NCBI GenBank assembly: GCA_030390025.1
Contig: CM059429.1
Location: 139,934,001 to 139,998,000, forward strand
Direction: 5' to 3'
Length of the DNA: 64,000 nucleotides
From: Squalus acanthias
Lineage: Eukaryota
Each line of letters begins with the position of its first letter. Position 1 is the first letter of the stretch. Below are positions 13,225-24,526 of the stretch, piece after piece. A program made the position numbers and the translations under genes. The notes under the pieces were generated by a model that was given only the letters and a program-made list of their open reading frames with translations, did no database searches and was not told the DNA's origin.

Positions 13225-13572
13225 TCTTTTTTTCTCCCCCTAGAAGCTGAGGTACGGACCTCCAGGTGCTGATATAGCTCTAGGACCTTGCCCAGGTAGC
13301 CATGTGTGAATCACAACAGGTGAACTTAGAATCATTTGGGCCCATTTCTATCCTAACCTGATGTTCCAGCACAGGTGACTGGATAGCAATCAGGGGCGTG
13401 ATCTTTAGCTGGTTCTTCTCACCTCTCTAGCCCAGGACTGACTGTAGAGCTCCCACCGCCAACTTAACTAACATCAGCTAATTCAGTGTAGAGTAGGAAT
13501 TAGACCTGAGACCTTCCTGATCTACTGGGCTCAGTACTCTAGAGGATGGTGATCTTATCCACTGTGCCATTG
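13225..13572 (-). mobile_element. Old AmnSINE2-like SINE
   Basis: Minus strand gtactgagcccagtagatcaggaaggtctcagg...gaattagctgat...cctgggctagagagg...cctgattgctatccagt resembles my recollection of the AmnSINE2 consensus. Homologous to 14545 and 24290. Confidence 0.6.
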
Positions 13573-14544
13573 AGTGGAAGTACATTGATTTAAAAAAAAT
13601 AATGGCATATTCTTTGAAGATATACTTTCAATATGTTTGTGATACTGTGCTGCAGCATGTGATGTATGGAGTCAAATCATTTATTTTAAGGATACATAAT
13701 ATATTTATAATATATATTGTAATTGTAAGTACATGTATATAAAATAGTACCTTTTACAATTAACTTTCTTGACATTTCAAATTCTGATGTATAATATAAC
13801 ACACAAGTTCACAACACAACACAGACAAGATTTGTCTGATTTTTATTTGCAGAGAATTACAAATGTAACAAGGGTTTTAGATTATCTGTTTTGTTAAAAT
13901 TTTGGACAGGGCAATTGGATTTTTTAAACATCCAGTAAAATTGGAATAAAAATGAAAGAGCTGGACATAAGACAGAATTCTGGCAGTTAGTTGCAATTAC
14001 AAAATATCCTTACCCTCTATGGTCAATATGAGGAATAACAAAACAGGAATTCTTATTAAAGACACATTTCTGATTTTTTTTGTACTTTCCCCATTCAAAT
14101 GTTACTTCTGCCAGATGAAATTTCCAGTGTAAGTGCTCACACATGTAGTTTTGATTGACGGGCAGGAATAAAAATGGGAGCAGTTCCGTTAACATTTACT
14201 ACACCCACTGAGTTTGGAAGTAAAATAAATACATTTTCTTTTTTTCTCCCAGCTTCATAACCTACCTGATTTTTGGATGTTACTGAATTTATTTCATAAA
14301 TTACATTTTAATTTCAGGAGTGTTCTGTGTTTGACCGTAAATTCTCACAACCTGATTATATATCAGGATGTGGCTATACCAACTATGATGAGATATTATC
14401 ATTGGCATGTATAGCACAAGCAATTCTCTCTGTACAATTAAATATATGCTGTATACTGAACAAATAACTTGAAGCTAGAATAATCCATTCAAAGGAGAGT
14501 AAACACCACAGGAGCAGATAGCTTAGAAATTAATAATATTCGTA

Positions 14545-14812
14545 GACCCTGGGCTGATAAGTGGAAAATCAGCAATGGTTCCTGCTCCCAATCATTATCC
14601 AGTGGTGCACACTGAAAGGAGCATGCATGTGGATGTCAAGGGCACATGAGGCATGGATGCAATACTCCCCATGATTAACTAGCCTCATGATATTCACTAA
14701 TTAGGTTCACTCATGGAAAATGTCCACTTGAACAAGGTACTAAAGAGCAGTAGATACCTGCAGAACTACTCCAAGACTGACTTGTTACATTCAGGAAAGG
14801 ATGAGAGAAAAG
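14545..14812 (+). mobile_element. Old AmnSINE2-like SINE, 3' part
   Basis: ccctgggctg...gaaaatcagcaatggttcctgctcccaatcattatccagtg...ttcaggaaaggatgagagaaaa. Confidence 0.6.
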
Positions 14813-16879
14813 GATAGAAAAGGATTGAGGGGGGAAATCTATAATAGAAACATTTAGCTTGTTTGCCCTTCAAAAATTCTCCACCCAAGTAAATTTCTGA
14901 CACCTAAAATTTTTTATCAAGATGCTTGGAAGTACTTAACTTCATTTTAATCTCTTGGTTCCCTTGTGTGCAGTACAAAATAGATTAACAGGTGCCTCTA
15001 AATTCTATAATGGGGACAGAATATAGAGAACGCATAGTCAAATGGAGGCAAGTACAACCAACTAACCTCACAAGTTAGATGTGGCTTGCTAAGTCCAGAT
15101 CTTGGTTAATTTAGTCGACTTTTGCTCAATGTCCTTAGGCAAAGTATTGTACACATTGGAAATTGCTTCCATGACATCCTGGGGTCACACTGTTGTTCAA
15201 CCCAAAGATGATGGTTAAATAAATGTAATGTGAGCAGGACTTCCATCAGGTTTTTTTGCCCTGAAGGCAAGCTTCTTCGCTTCCCACCTGGCAGCTGGAA
15301 TGAGAACTGATGAAATTGCAAAAGTATTTTTCAGTGTCAGAGGCATTTGGGCTGGGAAGCCATATGTCGTAGGAATCTGTGACTCAAACCAATTGCCCCA
15401 TTCAACTTTACATGCTTTTTAAAGCTATGCAAATTGTTATGTGGTTTAAGAAAGCTAGTGCAGTCTAGTGATTTTATATCATTTTTGACTTTTTTATTTG
15501 TAACATTTTATTAATTTACCTAATACCAAGGGGAATCACTGATGTAAAATGAGAACCTTAAATGTTGGCACTAGTACTTTGAATCTTTTTTTTGTGTAGA
15601 TAGCAGCCCTCTTTGTTATTTTTTTCCCTTTACTCAATTGGATATTTCTACCCCATGAGCAATTCACAACCAAGAAAGCATCCTGATGACAAAGCTCCAC
15701 CAATGTTGCATCAAACCTAGAGGTACGAAAGAATGGCTGGCTTGGAAATCTCTTCCACTTTAATTTTCCCTATCTCCTTCCCTCTGGGGAGACTGCTGGC
15801 CTCCATTCTACACTTTACTCAGTGGTGTGGCTAAACATTTCAACTCCATGGTGTAGGAGATCTTTGGAATTAATCCACATCCCACCATTTCATGGCACCA
15901 CAAAGCTTCAATGTGCCACTCCACTGTGCCTTATCTTGAATTTACATTTAAACCCAGGTGGATTAATATCTTTCAAGACGTGTACTTTTAAAGTGGAAAT
16001 TTACATGTATTAACGATATACACAGAGGGATCAGATGCATGTAGAGCAATGGATGAATGAGAATGAGTTACAAGATTGTAAATCAATTGAATATTTCTGA
16101 GAATGTCATAAACAGAGAGCCTCGGGCACTTTATAAATCCCAGTAGGATTGTAATGCTCAATTACTACTTTTCGATCTGCCAGATGTTTGATATTCTATA
16201 TATTATGTAGTCTGTAGTATATATATATTTTTAAAGTTAGATTTCTCCACCATTAATTGGCCACTACATTGCCTGTAGTTAAAGCAACATATTAAGGTGA
16301 ACGGGTAATAAAAGTAATAATGACATAGAACCTGAATGCATGAGTCATGTGTCTTCAGCTCCTACATCACAACATCCAACAACACGAAAGGAGATCAGCA
16401 GTGGATTAATGGGAAATATACTGCACACTATATAATATAAGGGAATGATTTAACATAACAACATACTTCCTTAAAACTGCTGCATTTGTACATTGACATT
16501 ATGTAATACTTTAGATACAGTATTTCCAAATATTGTATTACTCAGGAATGTGAAACACCCGCCTTCTGATCTGTCAACTATATTCTGTGTGCCGGTCTAG
16601 CTTGCTTTATGAACTGCTAAATTTAGATCGAGGTTTGAAGAGCTGTTGCTTAAATTATTAATTCGGGTAGGAACAGCGACTGCATGTAAACCAAAGAAAC
16701 TTTCTCCGCAGGAAATGTTGAACACTGATGTTCTGCAACATCAATGTTTCATTGCTCTGCAAATTCTTTTTAATCATTTTTTCTATAGGGTTGGCAAGTC
16801 TGATGACTTGTATTATATAATGTTTCAGGTCTAGAGCTGTGACTTTTTCTAAGTTTCTCCTATTTTTCTATGTTTGTAT

Positions 16880-17025
16880 GGACGCAAAAGGCGTCATAGG
16901 GTAGGGGAGAGAGCTGGAATATGGTATTGAGATAGAGGATCAGCCATGATCATATTGAATGGCAGAGCAGACTCGAAGGGCCGAATGGCCTACTCCTGCT
17001 CCTATTTTTTTTCTATATTTCTATG
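16880..17025 (+). mobile_element. CR1 LINE 3' end fragment
   Basis: gatcagccatgatcatattgaatggcagagcagactcgaagggccgaatggcctactcctgctcctat followed by a ttctat-type tail. Same tail as 17586 and 46041. Confidence 0.85.
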
Positions 17026-17585
17026 TGACACTGTAGTATATATTAAACTGTTCTTGCATTAACATTTTATTCATTTTTCATTTTTTTAACAACAATAATC
17101 TGTAAAATTCTTCCCATCCTATGCCTACATCCTTTAATAAAACTCTGGATAAATACAAAGCAACTTCAAATATAATTCTGATACAGCAGAGAATCCCATT
17201 GTGCCTATCCACATCTTGGTTAGTCCCATTCTAGACAACTCCAAAGCACCATTTCACATCCCATTCACACCCATCATATCAAATTACTGTACTTGTTCCA
17301 CATATCCATTACCCTGTGGTGGAAAATTCTTTGAATCTCTCATCTTGCTTGAGTCTTGTGAATTCTTTGCTCTTGTTCTCCATTTCTGCAATCATAGTCT
17401 AAGTTAAATTGAATACCTACATCTGAATTATCCATTCCTCTCAGTATTTTAAAATCTTGGATCGTGTTCCCTTTCAATCTTTTTTTACAGTGAAAATAAA
17501 TTGACTTCTGTAAGTTTGTTGTCATAACTTGGAGCCATAATTCTTTGAATTATTCTTACTGCTCTTCTCAATACTCTCACCAATG

Positions 17586-18962
17586 CATAGAAGCATAGAA
17601 GATAGGAGCAGGAGTAGGCCATTCGGCCCCTCGAGCCTGCTCCGCCATTTAATGAGATCATGGCTGATCATCCAAATTCAGTACCCTGTCCCTGCTTTCT
17701 CCCCATATCCCTTGATCCCTTTAGCCTTAAGAAATATATCTATCTCTTTCTTGAATATATTTAATGAATTGGCCTCAACTGCCTTCTGTGGTAGAGAATT
17801 CCATAGGTTCACCACTCTCTGGGTGAAGAAATTCCTCCTCATCTCAGTCCTAAATGGCTTACCCCTTATCCTTAGACTGTGACCTCTGGTTCTGGACTAC
17901 CCCGCCATCGGGAACATCCTTCCTGCATCTAGTCTGTCTAGTCCTGTTAGAATTTTATAAGTTTCAATGAGATCCCCTCTCATTCTTCGAAACTCTAGCG
18001 AATATAAGCCTAATCTACCCAATCTCTCTTGCCATCCCAGGTATCAGTCTGGTGAATCTTCGCTGCACTCCCTCCATGGCAAGAACATCCTTCCTCAGAT
18101 AAGGCGACCAAAACTGCACACAATACTCAAGGTGTGGTCTCACCAAGGCCTTGTACAACTGCAGCAAGACATCCTTGCTCTTGTACTCGAATCCTCTCGC
18201 TATGAAGGCCAACATACCATTTGCCTTCTTGACCGCCTGCTGCACCTGCATGCTCACCTTCAGCGACTGGTGCACAAGGACTCCCAGATCTCGTTGCACT
18301 TCCCCTTTTCCCAATCTATTGCCGTTCAGATAATAATCTGCCTTCCTGTTTTTGCCACCAAAGTGGATAACCTCGCATTTATCCACATTATACTGCATCT
18401 GCCATGCATCTGCCCAATCACCCAACCTGTCCAAATCATACTGGAGTTTCTCGGCATCCTCCTCACGGCACACACGCCCACCCAGCTTTGTGTCATCTGT
18501 AAACTTAGAGATATTACATCTAGTTCCCTCGTCTAGATCATTAATATATATTGTGAATAGCTGGGGTCTTAGCACCGATCCCTGTGGTACCCCACTAGTC
18601 ACTGCCTGCCACTTGGAAAAAGACCCGTTTATTCCAACTCTTTGCTTCCTGTCTGCCAACCAATTCTCTATCCAAATCAGTACCTCACCCCCAATCCCAT
18701 GTGCTTTAACTTTGCACACTAATCTCTTATGCGGGACCTTATCGAATGCCTTCTGAAAGTCCAAATACACCACATCCACTGTTTCTCACTTATCTATTCT
18801 ACCAGTTACATCCTCAAAAAATTCCAGTAGATTAGTCAGGCATGATTTCCCTTTTGTAAATCCATGTGGACTTTGTCCGATCCTGTCACTGTTTCCCAAG
18901 TGCTCTCCTATTCCATCTTTTATAATGGACTCTAGCATTTTGCCCACTACTGATGTCAGGCT
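17586..18962 (-). mobile_element. 5'-truncated CR1 LINE (RT domain and 3' UTR)
   Basis: ORF 18015..18779 reads DVVYLDFQKAFDKVPH...GVPQGSVL..LFTIYINDL..KFTDDTKL..LVRPHLEYCVQFWSP. ORF 18786..19046 contains HGFTKGKSCLTNLLEFFE. Confidence 0.95.
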
Positions 18963-19008
18963 ATAATTCCCCGTTTTTTGCATTAATGTTCCTTTGAAGA
19001 TAGGAACC

Positions 19009-19284
19009 TGGAATTTCCCTGGGGGTTCTTCTGAATCTACTACCATAACTTTGGTGGAAGATCAGTGGAATGGCCATTTCTGCTGTTTCCTCCAAGTTTC
19101 CACTGATCTTCCACTAAAGTTATGGCAGTAGATTCAAGAGAACCTGATATTGTACGCAATGTGGACAGCCTGGGGAGAATTTCTGCAGGGTTTTCCAGAT
19201 CGCCTACCATAACTTTGGTGGAAGATCAGCGGAATAGCCTTTTCTGCCATTTCTCCCCCAGGATGTCCAAATTACATACAATAT
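19009..19284. repeat. Compound palindromic (MITE-like) element
   Basis: 19024-19070 is reverse-complementary to 19098-19144. 19147-19180 pairs with 19251-19284 and encloses a third copy of taccataactttggtggaagatcag. Confidence 0.7.
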
Positions 19285-19769
19285 TTTAATTGTAGCCGTA
19301 CCAGTGAATTATTGTAATGTGTTCAATTTATAATCAAATGTTTTTGAGATACACCACAGTATTTGACAACCTTATTGCTAACAGCTGCACTGTGACTCAG
19401 TTGAATGCGGCATCAACCTAGAGTGAATCTATGATATACACACTCTATTCTATGCCTTTAATGGCCTTTCTATGATGTCGTGTCCAAAACTGCACACAAG
19501 ACCCTAACTGTGGTTTACCCAATGTTTTGTACAAATGTTACTTTACTCTTGTACTCTGCGCCCCATTTATAATACTCACTCCTAATCACCATAGTTCCAT
19601 AATACATTGCAAGCTGCCGTGGTCCAGCATTTGAAATTGAGGAATTTGATTTGCAGTTCTTATAAAATACAGTCTACTCCAGATATCTGAATTGCTATTC
19701 CATGCAGAGAATTTAAATCTGGCAAATCATTTGGGGCCATTCCCATTATATAAGATTCCTCATTGAAGC

Positions 19770-20215
19770 CAGCCATGGCTCAGTTGGTAGCAACCTCACC
19801 TCTGAGTCAGAAGGTTGTTGGTTCACGCCCCACTTCAGAGACTTGAGCACAAAAGTCTAGGCTACAAAATAACTAATAGAGTGCTGCTTTGTCAGAGGTG
19901 CCATCTTTCAGATGAGACATTAAACCAAAGGCCCTGTCTACTCTCTCAGGTGTATGTTAAAGATCTCGTGGCACTATTTCGAAGAAGAGCAGGGGAATTA
20001 TCCCCAGTGTCCTGGCCAATATTTATCCTTAAATCAGCATCACTAATAACAGATTATCTGGTCATTATCACATTGCTGTTTGTGGGAGCTTGCTGTGCGC
20101 AAATTGGCTGCCACGTTTCCTACATTACAACAGTGACTACATTTCATTGGCTGTAAAGTGCTTTGGGACGTCATGAGATTGCAAAAGGTGCTATATAAGT
20201 GTAAGTCTTTCTTTC
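19770..20215 (+). mobile_element. Full-length DeuSINE (SacSINE1-like)
   Basis: cagccatggctcagttggtagc...ctctgagtcagaaggttg...gatgagacattaaaccaaaggccc...gtaagtctttctttc. Collinear with the reverse complement of 6590-7058. Confidence 0.85.
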
Positions 20216-22024
20216 ATAACATTTAGATACAGAACTCTCCTTCAAGCTGAGTCTTTCCCATTTTCTGGATTTTAATACCCAAATTCACCAGTTAAAGTTA
20301 ATGCACAGACATTTTACTGAGAGCCATCACCATGTTTCAGAAATGCAATCATCTCAAAGCAAAATGTGTGTTTTTGTTAAGTGTTTTCTGTTAATGTTGT
20401 TTAGACTGATTGAATCATTTATTAGGCTGCGGTGCAAATACTCTGCCAACTGGCTACTTTTAACGTGCAATTTACAAAACTCCTCATCCAAGCATAATTT
20501 TCATCCAAGCATAAACATTCTTGGCAGTCTAGCGATATATTCATTAAGATTCAGCTGTACATTCGCTCTTCCCTCCAAATAAGAATTTTCATTTTGCCTG
20601 GACGTGAAGATATTTCAGCTGAAAGTGTGATTAACACAAGCTAAATGGAGCTTGTAAACACTGATCTACTGTTAACCATAATGGAGTCACTAATATAACT
20701 GAGGTAACTGGCTCTGGTCGATTCTGCCCTTCAAGAATTCTGAGCACACCAAGCCTCCTCTCAGAGTGATTAATAGGTATGGTGGATTTTGTTTTTTGGA
20801 ACTTTCCAAGTAACCCTGAAGCATTTTATTTCTGATGTTGCACAAGTGTTTTTTCTATCTAAATAAACTTAAGGCTAAAAGTAACTATTTGTGTCACGTT
20901 TTGGGATTTTTGGACCATTTTTCCACAAACACCTTTTTTGGAAAAAAAGAGTTACTTTTCGAATGCTATATTTCAACACATAATGTATTTGCATAAGTTA
21001 AAAATGACACTGAGATGTAGATGGTTAACATGCTAATAGAAGTTAATTTTCTTCCCCAAAGTGTGTAAACAATAAGCAATTCATTAGCCTGGCTTGATAA
21101 TTGTTAAGCATCTCATACTTGCATATTTTCATCATCTCTGTTACTAAAGCATTCTGCTGTTGAATGCTGGGTAAACATTGGCTTTAACTTGTTTAAATGT
21201 GGTAAATGTCTATGATCCAGTATTGCTGTAATGTTTATTGTGATAACAGTTGATTTATTAACTGCTTGAATTTGATGTTCAATCATATATATTTGTATTT
21301 TATCTTGAGGTAGTAGCTAAATTAATCTTAAATCACCTTATGTACTCAGCAGAGGTTAACCACCAGCAAGATTAAACCTGTTATGTGTACAGAGGCAGTG
21401 GAGAAAAGTGATTCATATCAAGAATAGCATGCAAATTGGGGAGAGGTGTTTATACTGCTGTTAATTTGCTTATTGTTTTGAGCTATATACCAGTGCATGA
21501 TCCAGATTAGTCAGCTTTTTACACCTTACACTGGAACTAGCTTAACTAGGGTTTACACTAAAACCTTGAGCACTGGTAATGGATCTGTACAAGTCTCTTG
21601 TGTAAATAGGCCTAGGGTTGCAATGATAAAATCCCAATGCCATCGTCAATTCACTTCTTCGCAGTTCCTGTTTCAACAACATTGTAAATAATTTGATGAT
21701 ATTAGCAGTTTAAAAGGAGCCCCACTCTGAAAACTTTCACAGCGCTGTGAGAAGAATAGACTAGATTAGTCTGAACACCAAAACTTTGCATAGCTGAAAC
21801 TGAAAATGAATACAGAAAATATAATTGTGATTCACAGGTCTAAAAAAATCTCAAAACTATCAATACTGTGTGACAATGCCAAAGAAATCACCACAGTCAA
21901 ACCTCTTCTTTGTCTAATGTGCAGGTATATGTGCTAAAATATAACAAGACATGGTAGCTGACAATACATAAGCTGTATAAGAAGATCAATAATAAAGGCC
22001 TCAGATGACAAGAAGGGGCTTTTT

Positions 22025-22280
22025 ACAACAACAACCTACATTTATTAGCAGCTTTAACTTAGCTAAACATACTAAAGCACTTTACATTTAGGAGTCAGAA
22101 GTGAGCAGGAGTAGGAGTGGAGTTATGGGAGGTTGCTGAAGGTGCAGTCAAAGAGAGAGTTTTTGTAAAAAGCATTTCAAGGTAGGGGTGGGCAATGGGG
22201 CTTAGAAAGAGACTTCCAGACTTCAGGGATAAGATGACTGAGGGCTCTGCCACTGATGGTGGAGTGAAGGAACATGACCC
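22025..22280 (-). mobile_element. Old L2 3' fragment
   Basis: acaacaacaacctacatttattagcagctttaac tail and diverged similarity to the 3' UTRs at 1636 and 3998. Confidence 0.6.
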
Positions 22281-22380
22281 TTAAAAAGAGGCGATCATTA
22301 TCAAGTAGCATTTAAGATAATAAAGGAAAGAATGATAACTAGGCCTTACCTCCTTTTTGGAGGGATGATGGCTGACACTA

Positions 22381-23226
22381 GGGCGCGATTTTGCCAGCCC
22401 TGGGGAGGCGGGTTTGGAGGCGGAACTGCCGGGAAAATGGCAGAATCTGGGGGCGGGTACCCATCCCGCCCCCAACCCGCCTCGGTGCCATCTTCCCAGG
22501 AGGCGGGTAGCCGACTCGCGCCGGGTCCCGTCTCCTCGAGGTGGGAAGGGGATTAGTGCCAATTAACTGCCTGTTAACAGGTAGTTAACAGGCAGTTTTT
22601 TTGAGAATCCCTATTTTCAGCCCTGAAGTGTGGGCTTCCCGAAGGCTCCGAACCTCGCCAGGGTCAGCGAGGTGAGCCGTGGGTCTGCGGGGGTCGGAGG
22701 GGCCGAGATGTCCGGTGTGCAGGTGAGTGATGGGTGCATGTGTGCAGAGGTAAGTGTGTGAGGTGTGTGTAAAGTGTTTTAATAAGTTTTACTTACCTTT
22801 ACTTCTTCCTGCAGGCTTCCTCCCTTCAGGTCTCGGGAGTCCCTCAGCTCACCGGCACAGAAAGCAGAATGGCCGCTGAACTGTCAAAAGCTGCAGCCTT
22901 CTGCTTTCTGCTCAGGAAGGCTTTCTAACTGAGTCTTGAGTAAAGACTCAACTTAGAAGACAGATTGTCAATGTTTGACAGCTTCACAGAACTGTCAAAC
23001 GATGACAATTCATCTGTCAAAAGATCTTGACAGATGAAACGTCACTCGCTGACGTCACCTGTAACCGGCTTTCCCTTAATTGGCCTGCTAAGCCCGCTGG
23101 GCGGGCTTAATAAGGTCAATCAAGGGAAATTAGCGTGGGTTGGCCACAAGTCGATGGAGGCGGGACTAAAATACCAACAAGTGGGAGTCCCGCCTCCAAA
23201 AACTCCCCATTGAGAAAATCCAGCCC
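22381..23226 (+). mobile_element. Non-autonomous Harbinger-type element (MITE), copy A
   Basis: Imperfect TIRs gggcgcgattttg... / ...gaaaatccagccc. CpG-rich. Second copy inverted at 24527-25376. TIR and subterminal motifs resemble the Myb-bearing element at 27452. Confidence 0.8.
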
Positions 23227-23434
23227 TCCAGTATCCTGTAGTAACATTTCCTTTCTGCCTACATGGGTGATGATGAAGGGTTGCACATGAATTGCTAACC
23301 TATCGTTTTCTTTCTGGTGCTGATTGACCTATTCTATTTTCCAAAATGTTATATTTTTCCTTATATTTCTCGTGTTCTTAGTTTCCTTTATCCCTGAATA
23401 TTGTCTAATGAGATTTCTTTCATTGTGTTTGCAG

Positions 23435-23660
23435 AGTCCCAGCTGAGCTCAGATCAGGAGCAGAGCCCAGGAGCAGAGGGTGAGAGCCCAACCCAACATA
23501 CAGCCTGTTCCTACAGCTCTCCCACAGAACTCACTTCCAACTCCACCTCATCTCTCCCAAACTCCTCCATGGATGAGATTCAGATGGAATTGCAATGTGC
23601 CGATCTTTGGAAAAGATTTCATGACATTGGCACCGAAATGATTATTACCAAAGCTGGAAG
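23435..23660 (+). CDS. tbx15: T-box transcription factor TBX15, coding exon 2 (N-terminal linker and T-box start)
   Basis: ttgtgtttgcag|AGTCCC...GGAAG|gtacca. Encodes ...SSMDEIQMELQCADLWKRFHDIGTEMIITKAGR; ELQCADLWKRFHDIG is TBX15-diagnostic. An alternative in-frame acceptor would start the exon at 23453. Confidence 0.95.
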
Positions 23661-23769
23661 GTACCAAACAAGATTTCCTTTTGATCATTTAAATCTGTGC
23701 CATTTTAGTAGACCTCAGAATGAAGCCCTATTTCAAGGCTTAATTTTCCCAATGATATTCATGCTAAAC

Positions 23770-24255
23770 TACCAAGCTCCTCCTTACATCATTTCCAGTT
23801 TTTCCAGAACTGTACCTCTTGTCTCCTATCACTCAACGTTTGCTGACCACCGTTGGCTCCCCAACCCACAGAGCATTGATTTTAAAATTTTTGTTTTCAA
23901 ATTGTTCCGTGGCTTTTCTTTACCCTTCCTCATCAATCTTCTGCAGCCTTATGTTCCATCATGCAGCCTTTGCTCTTCTGACTCTGGACTGCTCTTTGTG
24001 TCCCCCTCCTTCTGCTCCACTGTCGGCAGCAAAGCCTTTAGTCACCACAAACCTACACTCTGAAATTCCCTCCCTAAACTCCTCCTAGTAACCTGTTTCC
24101 CCACTTTCAAAAGCCTCTGTAAAACCTACCTTTTTGTCTGTTCTTTTGGTTACTTTCTGTAATTGCTCTCACCTTCTGCTTGCTGAGCTCCAATTTCCTG
24201 TAAAGTGGGTTGGAATGTTGTTAAAGGTGCTGCATAAGTGTGCGTTGTTGTTGCT
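23770..24255 (+). mobile_element. Old L2 3' fragment
   Basis: Translates ADHRWLPNPQSIDFKIFVFK..LINLLQPY..TVGSKAFS (L2 ORF2 C-terminus). Ends aaaggtgctgcataagtgtgcgttgttgttg. Confidence 0.8.
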
Positions 24256-24289
24256 GCAAATAGCTTCAGCATCCTATGTTAGGAAGCTA

Positions 24290-24518
24290 TGGTTCCCACT
24301 CTTGATTACCATCTAGTAAGCACTGTTGTAAGTGTATGTGTCTGGAGATAGCGAGTGAGGATAGGATTAGGCTGGGTTGTGATCCACTCCACAATCGAAT
24401 CACCTGCTAACACTCACTGTAAATGATGGCCATGGGCAGGGTAACAGAAGGCCACAGTGCCTGTTGAGCTGTACCCCAGCAAGGAATCCATGTCTTCAGG
24501 ACAGGAGAGAAGAGAAAA
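24290..24518 (+). mobile_element. Old AmnSINE2-like SINE, 3' part
   Basis: gtgaggataggattaggctgggttgtgat...acactcactgt...gtaccccagcaaggaatccatgtcttcaggacaggagagaagagaaaa. Confidence 0.6.
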
Positions 24519-24526
24519 GTTCAAAT

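Noticed and set aside
17967-18756. Plus-strand ORFs of 189 and 134 aa
   Set aside because: Antisense shadows of the CR1 RT.
1-18962. Reverse transcriptases as a retron, DGR or novel RT system
   Set aside because: All are truncated, frameshifted L2 or CR1 LINE copies, several with typical 3' tails.
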